Below, in pieces: positions 40,601 through 55,600 of a DNA stretch of 64,000 bases. The first letter of the stretch is position 1. Each line of letters begins with the position of its first letter. Both the position numbers and the translations under genes were made by a program. The notes beneath the pieces are model-generated. The model was not told the DNA's origin and did no database searches. It was given only the letters and a program-made list of their open reading frames with translations. The DNA is from Phoronis australis (taxonomy: Eukaryota > Animalia > Phoronida): contig NMRA01000208.1 of the NCBI GenBank assembly GCA_002633005.1, positions 214,867 to 278,866 on the forward strand, in the 5' to 3' direction.

Positions 40601-43600
40601 GATTTGAAATGATGCTGCACACAGCAAAATTTTGCCTACTTAAGGTTATCTAGTGTACAGTCAGTCAAATATGGCAAAGCTACACAATTTAACTCAACAA
40701 AAGTATAATGTTTTCTGAACGCAGAAATTCCATAGAATTTGATTATTTGTTTTATACCAATCTGCTAGTAACAGGGTCACATGACCATGCTTTTTAGTAA
40801 ACTTCAGCAAAAAGAAAGGTATGTTCATAGCAAAACAACATGATTGACCAAATTTTGTATCATAATATAAATGTTTTGAGATAAAATCTCAAAAGAGCTG
40901 TTACAGTTTTATAAATTATTGTTTCGTTATTGTTGTAAGCAGCTTTATTTTTTTCACAAAACCCACGTAAGTCCCGTTATTTGAGCGTCTTAAGCAAGAA
41001 TGGAGCATTTGAAAAACAAGTCCTGACAGTTTCACGTGACTCCGTTGACCTACTTCTGAGATACAGATGTTCTGAAGTCAGCCAAAATTGACACTTTTTA
41101 GGGACCGACATAAGATATACAAGATTAGTACAACAGATAATACAGACACGTGACTCACTTTGCCCTGAGATCCAGAACTTTGCCAATAGCCACCACTTCC
41201 ATCAATCAGCCGATGCGCCTGACTTTCACGAGACGATACTGTCAAGTTCTTTACACACTTGTGCCAGTCGTTAATAATACTCGAGCAACCACCAGAGGGC
41301 AGCTGCTTCTTCTTGTAGCGACCAGGCTTCCCCGCATACACAGCAGCACTACCTGTTGGACAGAAAACTTTGTTTAACATTTATTTTGAACAGATACAAC
41401 AGACTCTAATAATCTAAACCACACAAGTTCAATAGGCAACATTAATCAATAAACATGCCCTGATAATTATTTCGTTATTTTCCAACAAAGTGCACTGCAG
41501 AAATCAGTAAAAAAAACTTGCAATATTTGGAGACAGTCAATTAAAGGGGCCAAGATTTTGAGAACCAGTTTGATGCCTGTTACTCAGTGGAGAAAACTGG
41601 TTCTCAAAATGTAGGACCCCTGTCAGTAACTATTACTCAGTATTCCAATCGGCAACATGACTCATCTCAATACCTGGATCCGTTATTCTGTTGAAGGAGT
41701 GCTTGTGTGACCGTTTAGTCTTAAAGCAGGTCTCACAGAAGTCAAAATCATCGCACTGTTTACACTTGTACCGGGGCCCTGTCAGAGGCTGTAGTCCACA
41801 GCCCAAGCAACTGTAGGAAACAAGCAAAGCTTTCTCAATATAAACAGTCAAACAATTCAGGTTATCAACAAACAAATAATTGGAAGAAAATTTTCCTTCC
41901 GGTATCAGTAGTTTGTATTGTACAGCAGCAATTGATGAATATATAGTGAAATTTTGAGCATTTGCACAATGAAAAATTTGGAAAATTATTTCAGCAATTT
42001 ACTTTTGATTAAATTTGAAAATTTTGCAATAATTCCCGGACAATTAGATATTCTTAAAGAGCATGTTCATGGCAGATACAGCACTTGGGAACAGGACGTT
42101 CATGTAACATTTTAATATGTAGTCAAATGTACTGTCTAATAAATGTGAGATTTTCAATTGCACGACGGACAAACTGAAGACACTTTCTTACTCTTTAAAT
42201 ACTCATCCAACTATAAAGGAATCAGGGCAGGAGTCCCAGATTTTGAGAACCAGTTTGATGCTTGTTCTTCAGTGGAGAAAACTGGTCCTCAAAATGCGAG
42301 ACACCTGTGACTGTTACCTGAATCTTGCTTCAAGCTAAGCTAATCGTAACCAGTGGGGCAGGAATAATTGCAGATTGTGCAGAAATGCAAGCATACAAAA
42401 GGGCAACATGCGACATTGATATGTGCCCATCAAGTGAATCGCAAACAGTAAAGATATAAGTGTGCTTATTTTTAAAATATTTCCAAGACAGTCCAATCCC
42501 ATAGACAATCTCGACATCAGTTGTGCTCCCCTTATAAGGAAAACGTAGGGCAAATTTCAAGAAGATTCGTTGAAAAACTGCTGATTTCAGAAGACAACTT
42601 CTTTGAATGGCCTCCGTCTTCAAATTGGTTTGCCGACATAATTTGGATATATTCACACACTTATGAGTTCACAACAGATGCAACTATGCAGGAACCTCGT
42701 TCACACAAACGCATGCTGCAGCCAATTCCCACCTGACTCCCGGATGTTTGCTGGGAACCAGTTCCATCTCAGCCACCAGCCCTGTCCAGTGAGCTTGTTG
42801 GGGGAAGTCAACGGTGATGTCCTTGCCATTGGTACTGATAGCTGTCACAGTGCCCACACTACGGTGTGTTACGGAGCCCCACTTGTACTTGGGGGTGCCA
42901 ACGGAGGGGCGTACACGAACCTTGTCCCCTACCTTGATGGTTTGACCAGGTGTGCCTGAAACAAAGAGATAAGGTAAGAACTAGTGAAGGATCACAGTTC
43001 ACAAGTGGCTGAAATCAATCCAGTTTCCCTGAGGGTGTACCCTTCAAAATCTTTTTCTTAAAAAAAGACTTCTTCAATGAATGTTATAAAAAAGGACACC
43101 AGTGGGAATATGTACTGAACCCCTCTGATACAACAGACTTGTGGACGGTAGCTTTAGTAAACAGTCAAGTCATCCAACAATAAGGCATTCTCTTCTCCCT
43201 CTCTTGTTTATTATCATTAACAAATGATTAGTTTTAGTTGTTTTACAACCAGTTTCTCACACAGGGAAGCACAGGTCTGTCCACAAATTGTTGTAGTAGG
43301 ACACAGAAAAACATTAGCTGGACAGAACATTCTAAGCTGAGGTTGAGCCCCGCCACACAACCAGATAGGGATCCCACTTCTTCACTTCTTAGTTATCTCA
43401 CTCAGATGTTGTCTGTCATGCCACCTACAGGCCTGTGTGACACACAACCTTCATACACTTTACCTTATTAAAAGTTTCTACGTACAACATCATTCAGAAT
43501 GAAATTTGTAGTGAAATGAACACCGGGGTCACAAGATATCTTTCTTCATTAATGAACTCAATGGGAACCATGATGATGAAATATGATGAAATGTATTGTG

Positions 43601-46600
43601 CATAGAAAGTAACGTACTATGTGGACATAGAACATATTATATATACGCTGATTGAAAGTTTAATGTTGAAAATCACTAGTGAGCAAATTATAGAAAAAAT
43701 ATGAAAAAAACACAATTGGCATATAATAGAAAATAATGCGGACAAATCTGAACTTGAATGAGTCTTAAGAAATGATCAAAATGACTTTTTGTTTAAATTA
43801 TATGAGAAGCAGAAGTAGACATTGACAAAAAGACACGTCCATGAAATCTCATCAAAGTTGATATAACTACAAAGTATCTGCAGGCAAAATTTCAAAATGG
43901 ACATACTCGTCTGAACCTCGAAAACTTCCCTACATGCAGAAAAATTCAAAAATCCCTGAAACTCTAGCCTAACTAGTCCAGTCCATCCACCCTAATGGGC
44001 AACAGAAACTGTTATAAACAAAGGTATCAACATAAAAATAAAAACAAAGAGCAAAGTACCAATGCCCTGGTGACACCGACTTGACTTGTCTTCCCTATTT
44101 ACTTACTATTTAATCTCGGAGACAAGCCAGGATAGACTAAAAGTAGAATGCAAATCATTTAAGGCCGAACAAACAAAACGACGACGGGGATGAGAGGTAG
44201 TAACAACCAAGAAAGAGTAGGAAACAACACTGACGTGCAGACATACAGCACAACACGAAGGTGGTAACGTACATCAAGAGGAATCAGGCCAGACAGGTTA
44301 ATTGACAGCTTGGATCTAATATACATCAAGAGGGATCAGGCCAGACAAATTATAACGAAAGCACAGATTCGGAAAAGGCAGCCAAAGTTGGAAGAAAAGT
44401 TTATAATTTTGCTAGGTACAACATGCAGAATAACTCAGCTAAAAAGTCAAACCAAATTGCATGCATAAGAATGGTAAAGACATAATGTGCCAAACATTTG
44501 CACCAACCAAAAGTTGAAACTTTATTTTTATTAACACGCTTTAACCACATTCAGGTAACAACAACTACCACATACAACATCAGAACTACCACATCTTGTA
44601 AGAACAAAAGCACAACTGTTTTTTTCTGATAAGTTCTAAATGACTTGTGTATAGTGAGAACAGGTCATTTACATATGAATCTACATTCCATGGTTTATGC
44701 TTGCAGCATTCAATAAACCATAAAATACAAGATACTGTCAAAGTAAACAACACCAAACTTTGAAGTGTTTAGAAGCTGTGAAAATTATTAGACTTAAATC
44801 AATACAGCACAGCACTGAACTATTCAAGGTCTTTTATTTATGGAACCTTTATAAAAATTACTTGTTAATATAAAATCATCTCAGGATTATATGTGAATGT
44901 GTTTGGAGCCGGTGAAACAACTTTCTCATATTAGTGTTAAAGAGAACAAGATGACTGTCTTAAATGACAACAGCAAGTACCCATCTGCTTGTCCACGTGA
45001 GAATGTTCCCAATTGTTTTGAAACTGAAGTCACAACGTCAAATTCATGACAAGTAATATGTTAATTTTGTCGGAAATTACAAACTTAAGCTGTTACCATA
45101 ACTCATGAAGGAATTAAATGAAACAAATGCACCAACTTATCAGCTGTCTAGCACAATCACTTACCTGCGTGGGCACTAGTGAAGCCAATCAACTCCACAT
45201 GAATGTAGCGTACCCAGTAGGTACCGCCCTTTCTCTGCCAATCAGCCTGTATGTTGAGGTCATGAAGACTATCTCTGTCAAGCTAAACAGAAATAAGACC
45301 ATCTTGGAAATTAGATCTGTCAATATCAATATCTCTCTAACTACATGTCAGCACATTCCTATTTTCAATCAAGGTCAGTGCAGTATATTTCAGAAAGAGT
45401 AGTTTGTAAACAACATAGCCATATTCTACTGGAAAATCTTCTGATCCACGTCGATTCAACAAGAAGCTTAATACAATCAGTGCATCACATTATTTTTAAT
45501 GCTTATTAAAAAAAACACAATGTACAATATAATGGGAGTTAAGCTCAGAAAGTGCTAGAAGGCATTATTTATATCTGTGCTTCATAGATTAGTTTCAATG
45601 CTACAATTTATAAATAATCCATAACAAACTTCAGCCTTCAATAAGTCAACACTAAATACCACAAAATAATAGTCAAGTACACATTAAGCTGAGACACTAA
45701 GCTGTTGAACTCTCTAAAAACTTTGCCCATCTTGTACCACCCATAGAAACCAAACCCGCGTAGGACCACCCGGTACAGTATGTGCTACAGACTAATTGTG
45801 GGTGCGGTCCATGTTTGCCATGTCTCACCTTGATAACCTTGCCAATGTCTCCGTCATGAACCTCTTCGTAAGAGCGACAGCAGCGTACAGACATTCCCAC
45901 CTGGATGTTGTCTCGTACATACATGGCGTATTCGTCATTACTGACAAAGCCTCCACGCTTCTTGTAAACAGAGTCACCACAAGACTGTAGAAACACAGTA
46001 AACCAACATGACACACTTGAAGCACTAATAAATAATACTAATCCTTAGCACCGTGTGTCACTTGCATACCATGTTCTACATGTAATGCATTTTTCCTATT
46101 GGCTTATAAACTGTATTGCATTATGACTGTGCCTCCATATTCTATAAGCATAAAGTATTGGAAAAGAACAGGTTCGACACATACCCACACCTTACCAACG
46201 CACGGGCGCTGCACTGGATTATTCCGAATTAAAGAAAAAATCAATATACTTGGATTGGTGAACAAATCCCTGCCTTATCATGGATGTTTCAACTCCTCCA
46301 TAGTCCTTTACACTGTAGTGCTTAATATGCTTTAATAAATGTAAGAGAGAACGTGACAGTACGCACATCCAAAAATGCATTTGTAAATTCATTTGAGTCT
46401 GAAAGTCATCAGCTTTGCTCCACTTTCCTTAACTTGGCTTTGTTAATAACATTTGAGATGGGGACACGAAAGCACAGCCACGGTGACTTTGTGAGAGGAA
46501 AATGCAAAATAACTACAGCAAAAGTAATGTCCCAACAACATACAACCAAAATGTTTGTAAGAAATAATTCAGGAACACACACCAGAGGGCGTACGTAGTC

Positions 46601-49600
46601 AGAGTCTTCATCACTTTCACTGGAGCTGTCAGAGTCAGTCATGTAAACATCTGAAGAGGTGTTGGATTCTGACTCAGACAGTTCCTGACCTGGTGTATCC
46701 TGGTTCTCTATAAGCCATCCGACCAATGAGTCAGGACTGGGTGGGTCACTGCTGGTCGCTCCGGGGGTACTACCTGCAATTAACAGAAAGGTCACCACAG
46801 TGTAGACTTGAAATAGTGCTTAAACACTTGTCTGCTTCATAATGTTACTGTTATTTTGATGGATGAAATGAAGTTGATCAATGCAAAGCCGTGCAGTGGG
46901 TAGCAGCACAAATAAAGCTGTGTTTTGAAAACTGAAAAGCATTTTGTTAATCACGCCTTGTCTTTTTACTCCCAAACTGGTCTTCATCATGACCAAGATT
47001 TATAGAGTGTAGAGGATCAGGACCCTTGAGTGGGCTTCTGACCAAATATTCGGCCTTAACGACACACCATAAGTCAAAGGGTTTTCACCATTGTATGTTA
47101 ATCAAATGAACATGATGTTGCTTAATCAAATTTCAAACCTATTTCTATTATTACCAGTGGATTTTAACTGACAGATATTGGCAATATCAGTAACTTTTGA
47201 TAAATTTCATCAGCAATGCTTGTCCAATATTAAAATTTATGTACACGCTTAGTGTAAATAGAAAACAAGCTATTCAACCACCTGACAAGTTTACATACCC
47301 ATACCAAACTTTCAATAAACCTACTAATTAAAAAGCAGACCTGGAATATTCAAGTTTTCCATTAATGAGAAGGAAACCTATTTAAAGCATAATATGTGTT
47401 TGTATGACTTGTTTTTCATTAAACTCCCAAGGCACCAAATAATGTATCTTCAGCTCCTTAAACAGAGACTTAAGCTCTAAGTGCACAATACTTACTGACA
47501 CACTTGAGTGCTAACTCCACTCTCTTCCTAGGGAACCCCATCTCCACGAGCTGCGCCACTATAGGCAGAGGGGGTGCGGTCACCGGTTTGGCCTTCTTGA
47601 CGCGGTAGACCTTTGTGACAGAAGGTGGTGGAGAGTAGACCAGCACAGGCGTTTTGGAGGCTGGTGATGGCTCACTGATGGCGCCACTACCCTCTTCCAT
47701 CACAGGTTGGTAAGCATCGGCCGTGAGATGTTGACATATAGCCAAGGCAGCCGCCTAGGGAATTAAACAAGGGTAACGCAAAATTAAGAGCAAAAGCCCA
47801 TACGGAATGTAATACAAAATGTCTGAAAATTTCGCTGAGTGCAGGCAAGAGACCAGCATAAGAATCATAACAGAATAACAAACCAGCCAGTAGCACTTTA
47901 GAAAGGAATTTCTTGCATACTGAAGTACTGTTATATAAGATCTGATAAGTACAGCTTGCTCCAGTCATTATTGTTCTTCAAGAAATCATTAAAAACCGCT
48001 CTTTATGATTTCTAACACTCTTTTCTGAGACACTATAAAATGCAATAACTTGTTCCAACCATGTAGAGTAGTAATAGCAGCGTAACTTGGCACAAATGTG
48101 CAAGGAAGTGTGACAAGGAGGAATGATTCAAGCACAGAACAACATCCTAAGTTGGTTAAATGTTGAATTTTGTTCATTGTAAAATTGGCTACAAAAGAGA
48201 AATCTAGTAACCAACTGAGCATTTACTTATTGCTAAACCATTTGCGAGGATAATAAAAAAGTAACGCTTTATTCCAAACAGAAGAAGCTTCACAATACCT
48301 CTAATGTGAACAGTAACTCAGTTGAAGAGTCTCATCTCTCACCTGAACATGGCGGGGTCTAATCTCCAAACCCAAAATTGTACTCAGATATCATTATTGA
48401 TTTATTAGATTGTTTAAATAAATAATAATAATAAATGTCTCTTACTCTGTGCATGAGTGCATTTAGGTTTGTGCAGATGAGTTAGATGACACCTAAATTC
48501 AAATTATAAACTAGAGTGAAAACTCAGTTACAGCTTGAAATTTAAAATTTCAGACACAAACTAGCTGGGGTCATCAAGCGCAAGGCACACTGTCATAAAG
48601 GCACACTGCCATAAAGGCACACTGTCATAAAGGCACACTGTCATAAAGGCACACTGTCATAAAGGCACACTGTCATAAAGGCACACTGTCATAAAGGCAC
48701 ACTGTCATTCGGGTGAATCGTGCATTAGTCAAGCACAGAATAATGGACACTTAACCTGAATTATAATAGAATGAAAAAGTCAAAGATTAGAGCATGAGTC
48801 TAGTGGTTACCTCTAACTCTTCTCGTCCAAATATTGCCTTGACTGGAGATGGTTGTGTTGCTGCTATCATTAAATGCTGCATAAGCATCAGTTGTGATGG
48901 GGTCTCTGCAGTTGTCTCCCCCTCATCACCAGGGGGAGCTGATGAGGCTTGGTCACCAGATGCGCCATCTGCAAAATATGCAAGAAGTTGTTAACAGTGA
49001 CAAAGAATGCATCACCATCTAACAACGAGTAATTTGGCAGAGTGAATTTGATGATACTGGCAGAGTTACATCACAAAATTTGAGGAGTCCCCACCACAAT
49101 GTTCAACACATTGCAGACATAACTCTAAAATTGGTATCCTGTTGTTTCGGTTTTTGTAATGTCCGTCCTCCAAATATCATAAATACTAAACTCTGATAAT
49201 GAGCTGGACACGTATGTCGCCATGGGTTACTCCCACTGTCTGAGTACACAAGGATGTGCATTTGATAAGAGCCACTGAGAGAATGAAAACATATCTAATT
49301 CAGTAAGGAAATTCGCATTAGAATTATATTGTACACGAAATTCTATGGTAATACCAACAATTCCAGAAAACCTGCCTAGAAGTGCCACATTTGCTGGTGC
49401 ATACTGGGAAAAGGAGTACACTTAATCATTCAAGTTCTCAGTCGCACATCCCCCATTCAAAAGGTCCAAATTGTAGTTAACACATGGCACCTCACCTGTA
49501 CTCTTCTCCAAGGTGCTACCAGTCTCCAATAGCGCCATCTGTGAGAGGATCTTCCTCAGGTTATCCTGTCTACTGAAGAGTACACGAGCTGCCTTCAACA

Positions 49601-52600
49601 GACCCACACGGATCTGCTGCTTGGCCAACAGCTGAAGGCCATCTAGGGAATTAGTATATATCAGTTATACAACAGTGAAATAGATTGACTGGAATAGGTT
49701 GGTAGCTTATTAGTCACTACCTTATGCTTGATAATCAAGAAAACTGTTACTGACCAATGAGAGATAAGTCAAACAGGCAGCATGATAGATTTCTACGCAA
49801 GTTGACGATAAGAGGGAATTAGGTACTAAATCAATGTTTAAGACTACTAAAGGTGTCTCTCTATGACGACTCAAGTGATTGTAACATTAGAAAAGTGACT
49901 TAATATGACTGACTGCAAGTGTGAAGTTTAAGTATGTCTGCAACACAAACCTTCCTTATGCCCATTTACTTGTTGTTATACAATGAACAGCGTCTTGAGA
50001 TTCACATTGATTAAAAAGCCATACATTCAGTTTCCAACGGAATTTTTTTTGAATAATGTGTTTTCTTCACACTGGAATGGCTTGCTCTTTAGTGTTTGTG
50101 TTACAAGTAATTCACATGAATGCATGGAGGTTAAACAAGTGAATATCTCTCAGAACAGGTTGGATGGACATCACACCCGCACTTTTTCAGCGATAAGGCA
50201 TACACTTCAAGTAAAGCTTACTTCCAGAGTCTTGACTAGAAGATCCATTTGAAAGCCGTTCACCTTTGAACCCTGACCCTGCCAAGCTCACAAGCGCCGC
50301 CCACATGCCTAATATGGGTTCAGGAAGGGGCATCTTATCCACATCAAAATGATGATCTACAAACTGAAATGAATGAGTGGATCAATTATAAAATAAAGAT
50401 CTGACCAACTTTTAACTTCTAATTACCATAAACTAATACTGTAAAATACCATCAATAATTGTGAAATTTGTTTTTCTTTCATTTATCATAGGTTTTCAAC
50501 AGCATCATGAATGCCCACAATTTCCCAGCTTCATTGTTTGATGGTAACCGTGGTGTGGATCTTGAAAAACGTAAAACAATTATTTGGTGCTAACTATGTT
50601 AGATGAAAAAATGAAAAAATTAAATTTCACTTGTCGACTATACTGTGTCCTATACTGGCTATACTTAGCACACCTACAGCTCTAAATGGTTTTCTTTAAT
50701 AATACAGTTATCGCCAAAAGCAATAATCAACCAAACATGTGCTGCGTAATAAAAATACATAGTTACTGACTTAAAAAGGCTGACTTAATGCCAGTACAAT
50801 TATTATTACCAAATACTAAATCAACTCTTAAACACTTAGAAGTTATGAAGTAAACCAAGGCAGTTCCTAAACACCTACATGTTAATTTATGAAAACTAAG
50901 CCAGTTCCTGAACGCTTAAACATTAGAATTACAATATCAGAGTCAGTTCCTAAACACTTACACGTTAGTATAATAAAATTGAAGCCAGTTCCTAAACACT
51001 TACAAGTTAGCATAATAAAACCTAAGCCAGTTCCTAAACACTTACATGTAAGCATTATAAAACCTAAGCCAGTTCCTAAACACTTACATGTTAGCATTAT
51101 AAAAACTAAGCCAGTTCCTAAACACTTACATGTTAGCATTATAAAAACTAAGCCAGTTCCTAAACATGTACATGTTAGCATTATAAAACCTAAGCCAGTT
51201 CCTAAACACTTACAGCAGTAATGTCTGTCAACCTGCATGTGGTAGTCGCATTGCTATCATCACACTGTGCGACTATGCGGCCATTGGGAGATATAGAGGC
51301 AATGGTTCCCACTCCCCACTCCTCGTTGGAGACCCGCCCACCAAGGCGTGGCCTAGCATCAACTCCACCAATCAGAGCCAAGACTGCCATGACTGTTGAT
51401 TGTATCTCAATGGTGCTGCTGGAGCCAGTGGTTGTTGGAGATGCTGACTGGTCACCGTTTCCTGAAGTCTGCAGGTAGATAATATTTACCATAGAATATA
51501 TTTGCACAGAAAATTATGCATGAAAGCCATTTCATAAGTTGGAGATTTTTCCAAGTTTGCCGAAAACAGAAGATAAGCAATGAATGAATTTTAATGAAAA
51601 GATGCCTCAAAGCAACATACTAAACCCTAGATCAATCTGACTATCATCAAAATATGATCATAATAAAAAGGGGAAGGCAATAGGGTTTAGCGGTAGATTC
51701 TTTGTATCCCAGTCTAAAGATTATGGGTTCAAATCCCTTAACTAGCTTAATTTAGGTCTTACAGTCACAGCTCCAATTATTTATAAAGGTTTCCACACAG
51801 AATCACTTACTTGTTCTTTAGTTCCGGCATCGACCACTAGGTTGCCTATGATGGCAACATGGCGGTAGATGTATTTATTGACACACGGGTTCCATGCCTC
51901 ATGAGAATGCAGTTTCCTCAGCAATGTGACAAGTTCTTCAGCTACTGTACTGGAGTAAGAAGCAGTCAGAGACACGTTGGCCTTGTTAGACTTCTTACCA
52001 ACCTGACCACCATCTACAAATATGAGACGACAGTAACCATAATGAACAACCTGTACACCACCTACTGATGACAGTGACTTAAACAGCATAATGAGCCAAT
52101 AAAACAGTGCTACACACACATGTGCTTTATACAATATTGATGGTGAAATTACAGAGCAATGGCTGGTCACTTCTATCCGTACACGCAGCAGATTTGAAAG
52201 AAGAGTGTCATAGCATTCCTCAATTGACATGATTTCAGCAATTACTTAATACATTAATTTAACTTTCATTATTTCAAATATATTGAATGAAATACAAGGT
52301 ACCTAGACTACACGGTCAACGGACTCATAAACACAGGTCACGGACGCATAAACACGACTCACGGACCTGCAAACACCGGCAACTGACTCACAAACACGGG
52401 AACAGACTCACAAAACACCATCCACGCACCCAAATACAAGGGACACGGATTCATATTCCCGAGGAAACACGGTTAACGGACCACCAAACACGGGTCACGG
52501 ACAAAATGGAGATGTCAGCTGACCCAGAAAGCCGATGAGTCCGTGACCCGTGTTTGACGGTCCGTTAACCGTGTTTCCTTGTGAATATGAGTCCGTGTCC

Positions 52601-55600
52601 CGTGTATTTGGGTGTGTGGATTGTGTTTTATGAGCCCGTTCCCGTGTTTGTGAGTCAGTGGACGGTGTTTGCAGGTCCGTGAGTCGTGTTCATGCGTCTG
52701 TGCCCCGTGTTTATGAGTCCGTTGACCCTGTAGTTTAGGTACCTTGAAATAGAGCCTATTCAAAGAAAATAATTAATAGTGTAAATATGAGAACCATATC
52801 AGAAATGGTTTCCTAGGCACCTTATATGAGTGTTTAAACAGAGAATGTCACGCACCAAATGTTGCAAGTGTAGGGTCAGACTTGCATGTCATCAGAACTG
52901 TGCCCAATACAGAGAATAGCTTCTCCACGAGTTGCGTTATTCTGTTGATGTTTGTCGACTTGTCCCAAGAGGGAAGCACTTGTTGCAGCATACGCAAGAT
53001 CAAAATCTGAAAGAATCAAAATCAGATACTCAATTACGGTTAATCAAAGACTTAACATATGAAATGCTACAAAACTGAGCAACACATGCAATTGATGTTT
53101 TTTTTTCTTAGCTGCCGGTTTATCATATTGGAAAGTACCTTTAGCATAGTTTGTAAGCCATTTAATGTACCTTTAGTATAGTTTGTAAGCCATTTAATGT
53201 ACCTTTAGTATAGTTTGTAAGCCATTTAATGTACCTTTAGTATAGTTTGTAAGCCATTTAAAGTACCTTTAGTATAGTTTGTAAGCCATTTAATGTACCT
53301 TTAGTATAGTTTGTAAGCCATTTAATGTACCTTTAGTATAGTTTGTAAGCCATTTAATGTACCTTTAGTATAGTTTGTAAGCCATTTAATGTACCTTTAG
53401 TATAGTTTGTAAGCCATTTAATGTACCTTTAGTATAGTTTGTAAGCCATTTAATGTACCTTTAGTATAGTTTGTAAGCCATTTAATGTACCTTTAGTATA
53501 GTTTGTAAGCCATTTAATGTACCTTTAGTATAGTTTGTAAGCCATTTAATGTACCTTTAGTATAGTTTGTAAGCCATTTAATGTACCTTTAGTATAGTTT
53601 GTAAGCCATTTAATGTACCTTTAATGTAACCACAAGCCATTAAATTTTGTTGCAATAAATAAGAACTTATTTCGTTAATTTATTCACTAACACATAACCG
53701 TTAGCCGCCCATAGAACAGTGGTCTGTTTGATGATAAATGACAAAGATTTAAGTCAGATTTTGACTTCCACTTCCACTTATAATTAAAGAATACAAATTT
53801 TGCCAAGACATGTAATTGATAGCACATAACCAGTTTAGAAATAATAAACACAAACTATCTGAAAAACATGAAATTATGGGTACATTGTCATACGACCTTA
53901 TACTTTTGCTCAGGTGAGATATTTTTTGGGGACATAAATGTGTGGAGCGTAAAACGAAATTTCTGAGGTAAATCAGTATTAGGTAGCAGACCTGTGTGTG
54001 TAGATTGTTGTACGGCTCCACCTCATTTGTGAGCACCTTTAACAGCAGGTTGATCCAGCGAGGTGTGCTCAGTGCCAGACACATAGTGCGACTGTTGGCA
54101 ATACTAGTCACAAAGCCAAGAGTCGCCCACAGGTGGTGCTGCTCACGAGAAATCATCACTGATGGAGATTGTGCATCTATAAGAATAATAGTAGCATTAG
54201 GTGACACTGAACAAATAAACACTAGACAAATATAAGTAGGGTGATAAGTATTATTAAACAAAATATATATATATATTAAGTATATCATAAAAGTTCGTAA
54301 GTCAGAGTACTCTGAACAAATGAGGATTAGATTCCTCAAGAAGTGCAATAATTTTGAATTGAATGTGACATGATCAGCATTATGCAGCCAATGTATACAT
54401 TTAAGATATCAAATAAACACCAACAGTGTGTGACTACTTACTTAAACTACTGCTACAGCCACACTCCACAATAGTTCTCAGCAGACCACACAGTGTCTCC
54501 ACAGCCTCGGTCTGAGCATACTCTGCGTATATACCGCCACATATGGTGATCGTGCTCAACAACTGAACAGTGGCCTGACGCAGCAACGCTGTGGGGTGAG
54601 TTGTCTTCTTAGGACTTGGGGCCACAACTGAAGAACAAAGCATTTAGAAATATATGGGTCACCTTAATTTAAAAGTACGCAAATACAATAAAGGTGGCTT
54701 CAACCACAAAAGCCAACTCGTATCTGTTTTGTATGGCTTTAGACTCTTCACTTTCTTCCCCAAATTCTACCATTTTCCTCACAAAACACTCAATAAACAG
54801 CACGCTGTACATCCAGCAAGTGACACAGTAACAAAGTTACGCAGGTTTCTGTAGCACAGCAGACACTTGGATTCATGGCAATACTCGGCTCGGCATACTG
54901 AGATTTAACAATTTTACGCTGAGGCTTATAAATGCTTGCACAGTGGTAACGATTCTAATTCTTAATTGGAACCCAGGGGGCGCATAACCTGAAGAATCAT
55001 GGTAAATTTGCATTCAACTCATTTCAAATTCCTCATTTGACTGCAAAGCCTATCATTAGTATCCTTGACAGTTCACACCCTTACCCATAACCAATACACT
55101 TAACAGCTCCCACGCAGTACGCAACACTCCCCCCCCCTCACTAATCACTCTCTCACTCCTTCTTACCAATCACATCTTCCTCTTCTCCCTCACTCTCATT
55201 ATCAGGCAGGGCTGGTGGGTCGGCTAGTTTCAGGTCATACTTTCCCTCTTTACCCATTCGGTAGGAGTTAGTGCTGCCTGTGTCCCATTGGACACGGATC
55301 CATCCGTCCTCACCCAGCTCACCAATCACACGGCCAGTACTGGGAGGTGGGCCGTCCTATAACACCAACACGGAGCATTGATATGCGCCCACTGAGTACA
55401 TAGCATACAGTGCAAATACACTGAATCTTCATTATTTCAAACATTCCCACTACAGGGAGCAACACAAGTAAGTTTAAAATAGCATCCAAGGGACACAAAA
55501 TGAGTCAGCAATGATTTGAGCAGGAACACACCTGCCACCTTTCATCATGATTTTTTTTACAATTAGAAGGATAGGGAGGTGGACGATAAAGAACAGCCAA

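Noticed and set aside
50882-51238. Repetitive ORFs ([12 protein letters not shown] / [13 protein letters not shown])
   Set aside because: By-products of a 42-bp minisatellite whose unit length is a multiple of 3.
51680-51740. tRNA gene (B-box-like GGTTCAAATCC)
   Set aside because: No convincing cloverleaf; at most a decayed tRNA-derived SINE head.
52287-52763. Two similar His/Thr-rich ORFs on opposite strands
   Set aside because: Artefact of translating the two arms of the foldback element.
53135-53622. CRISPR-like array
   Set aside because: There are no unique spacers; it is a pure tandem repeat in a eukaryotic intron.
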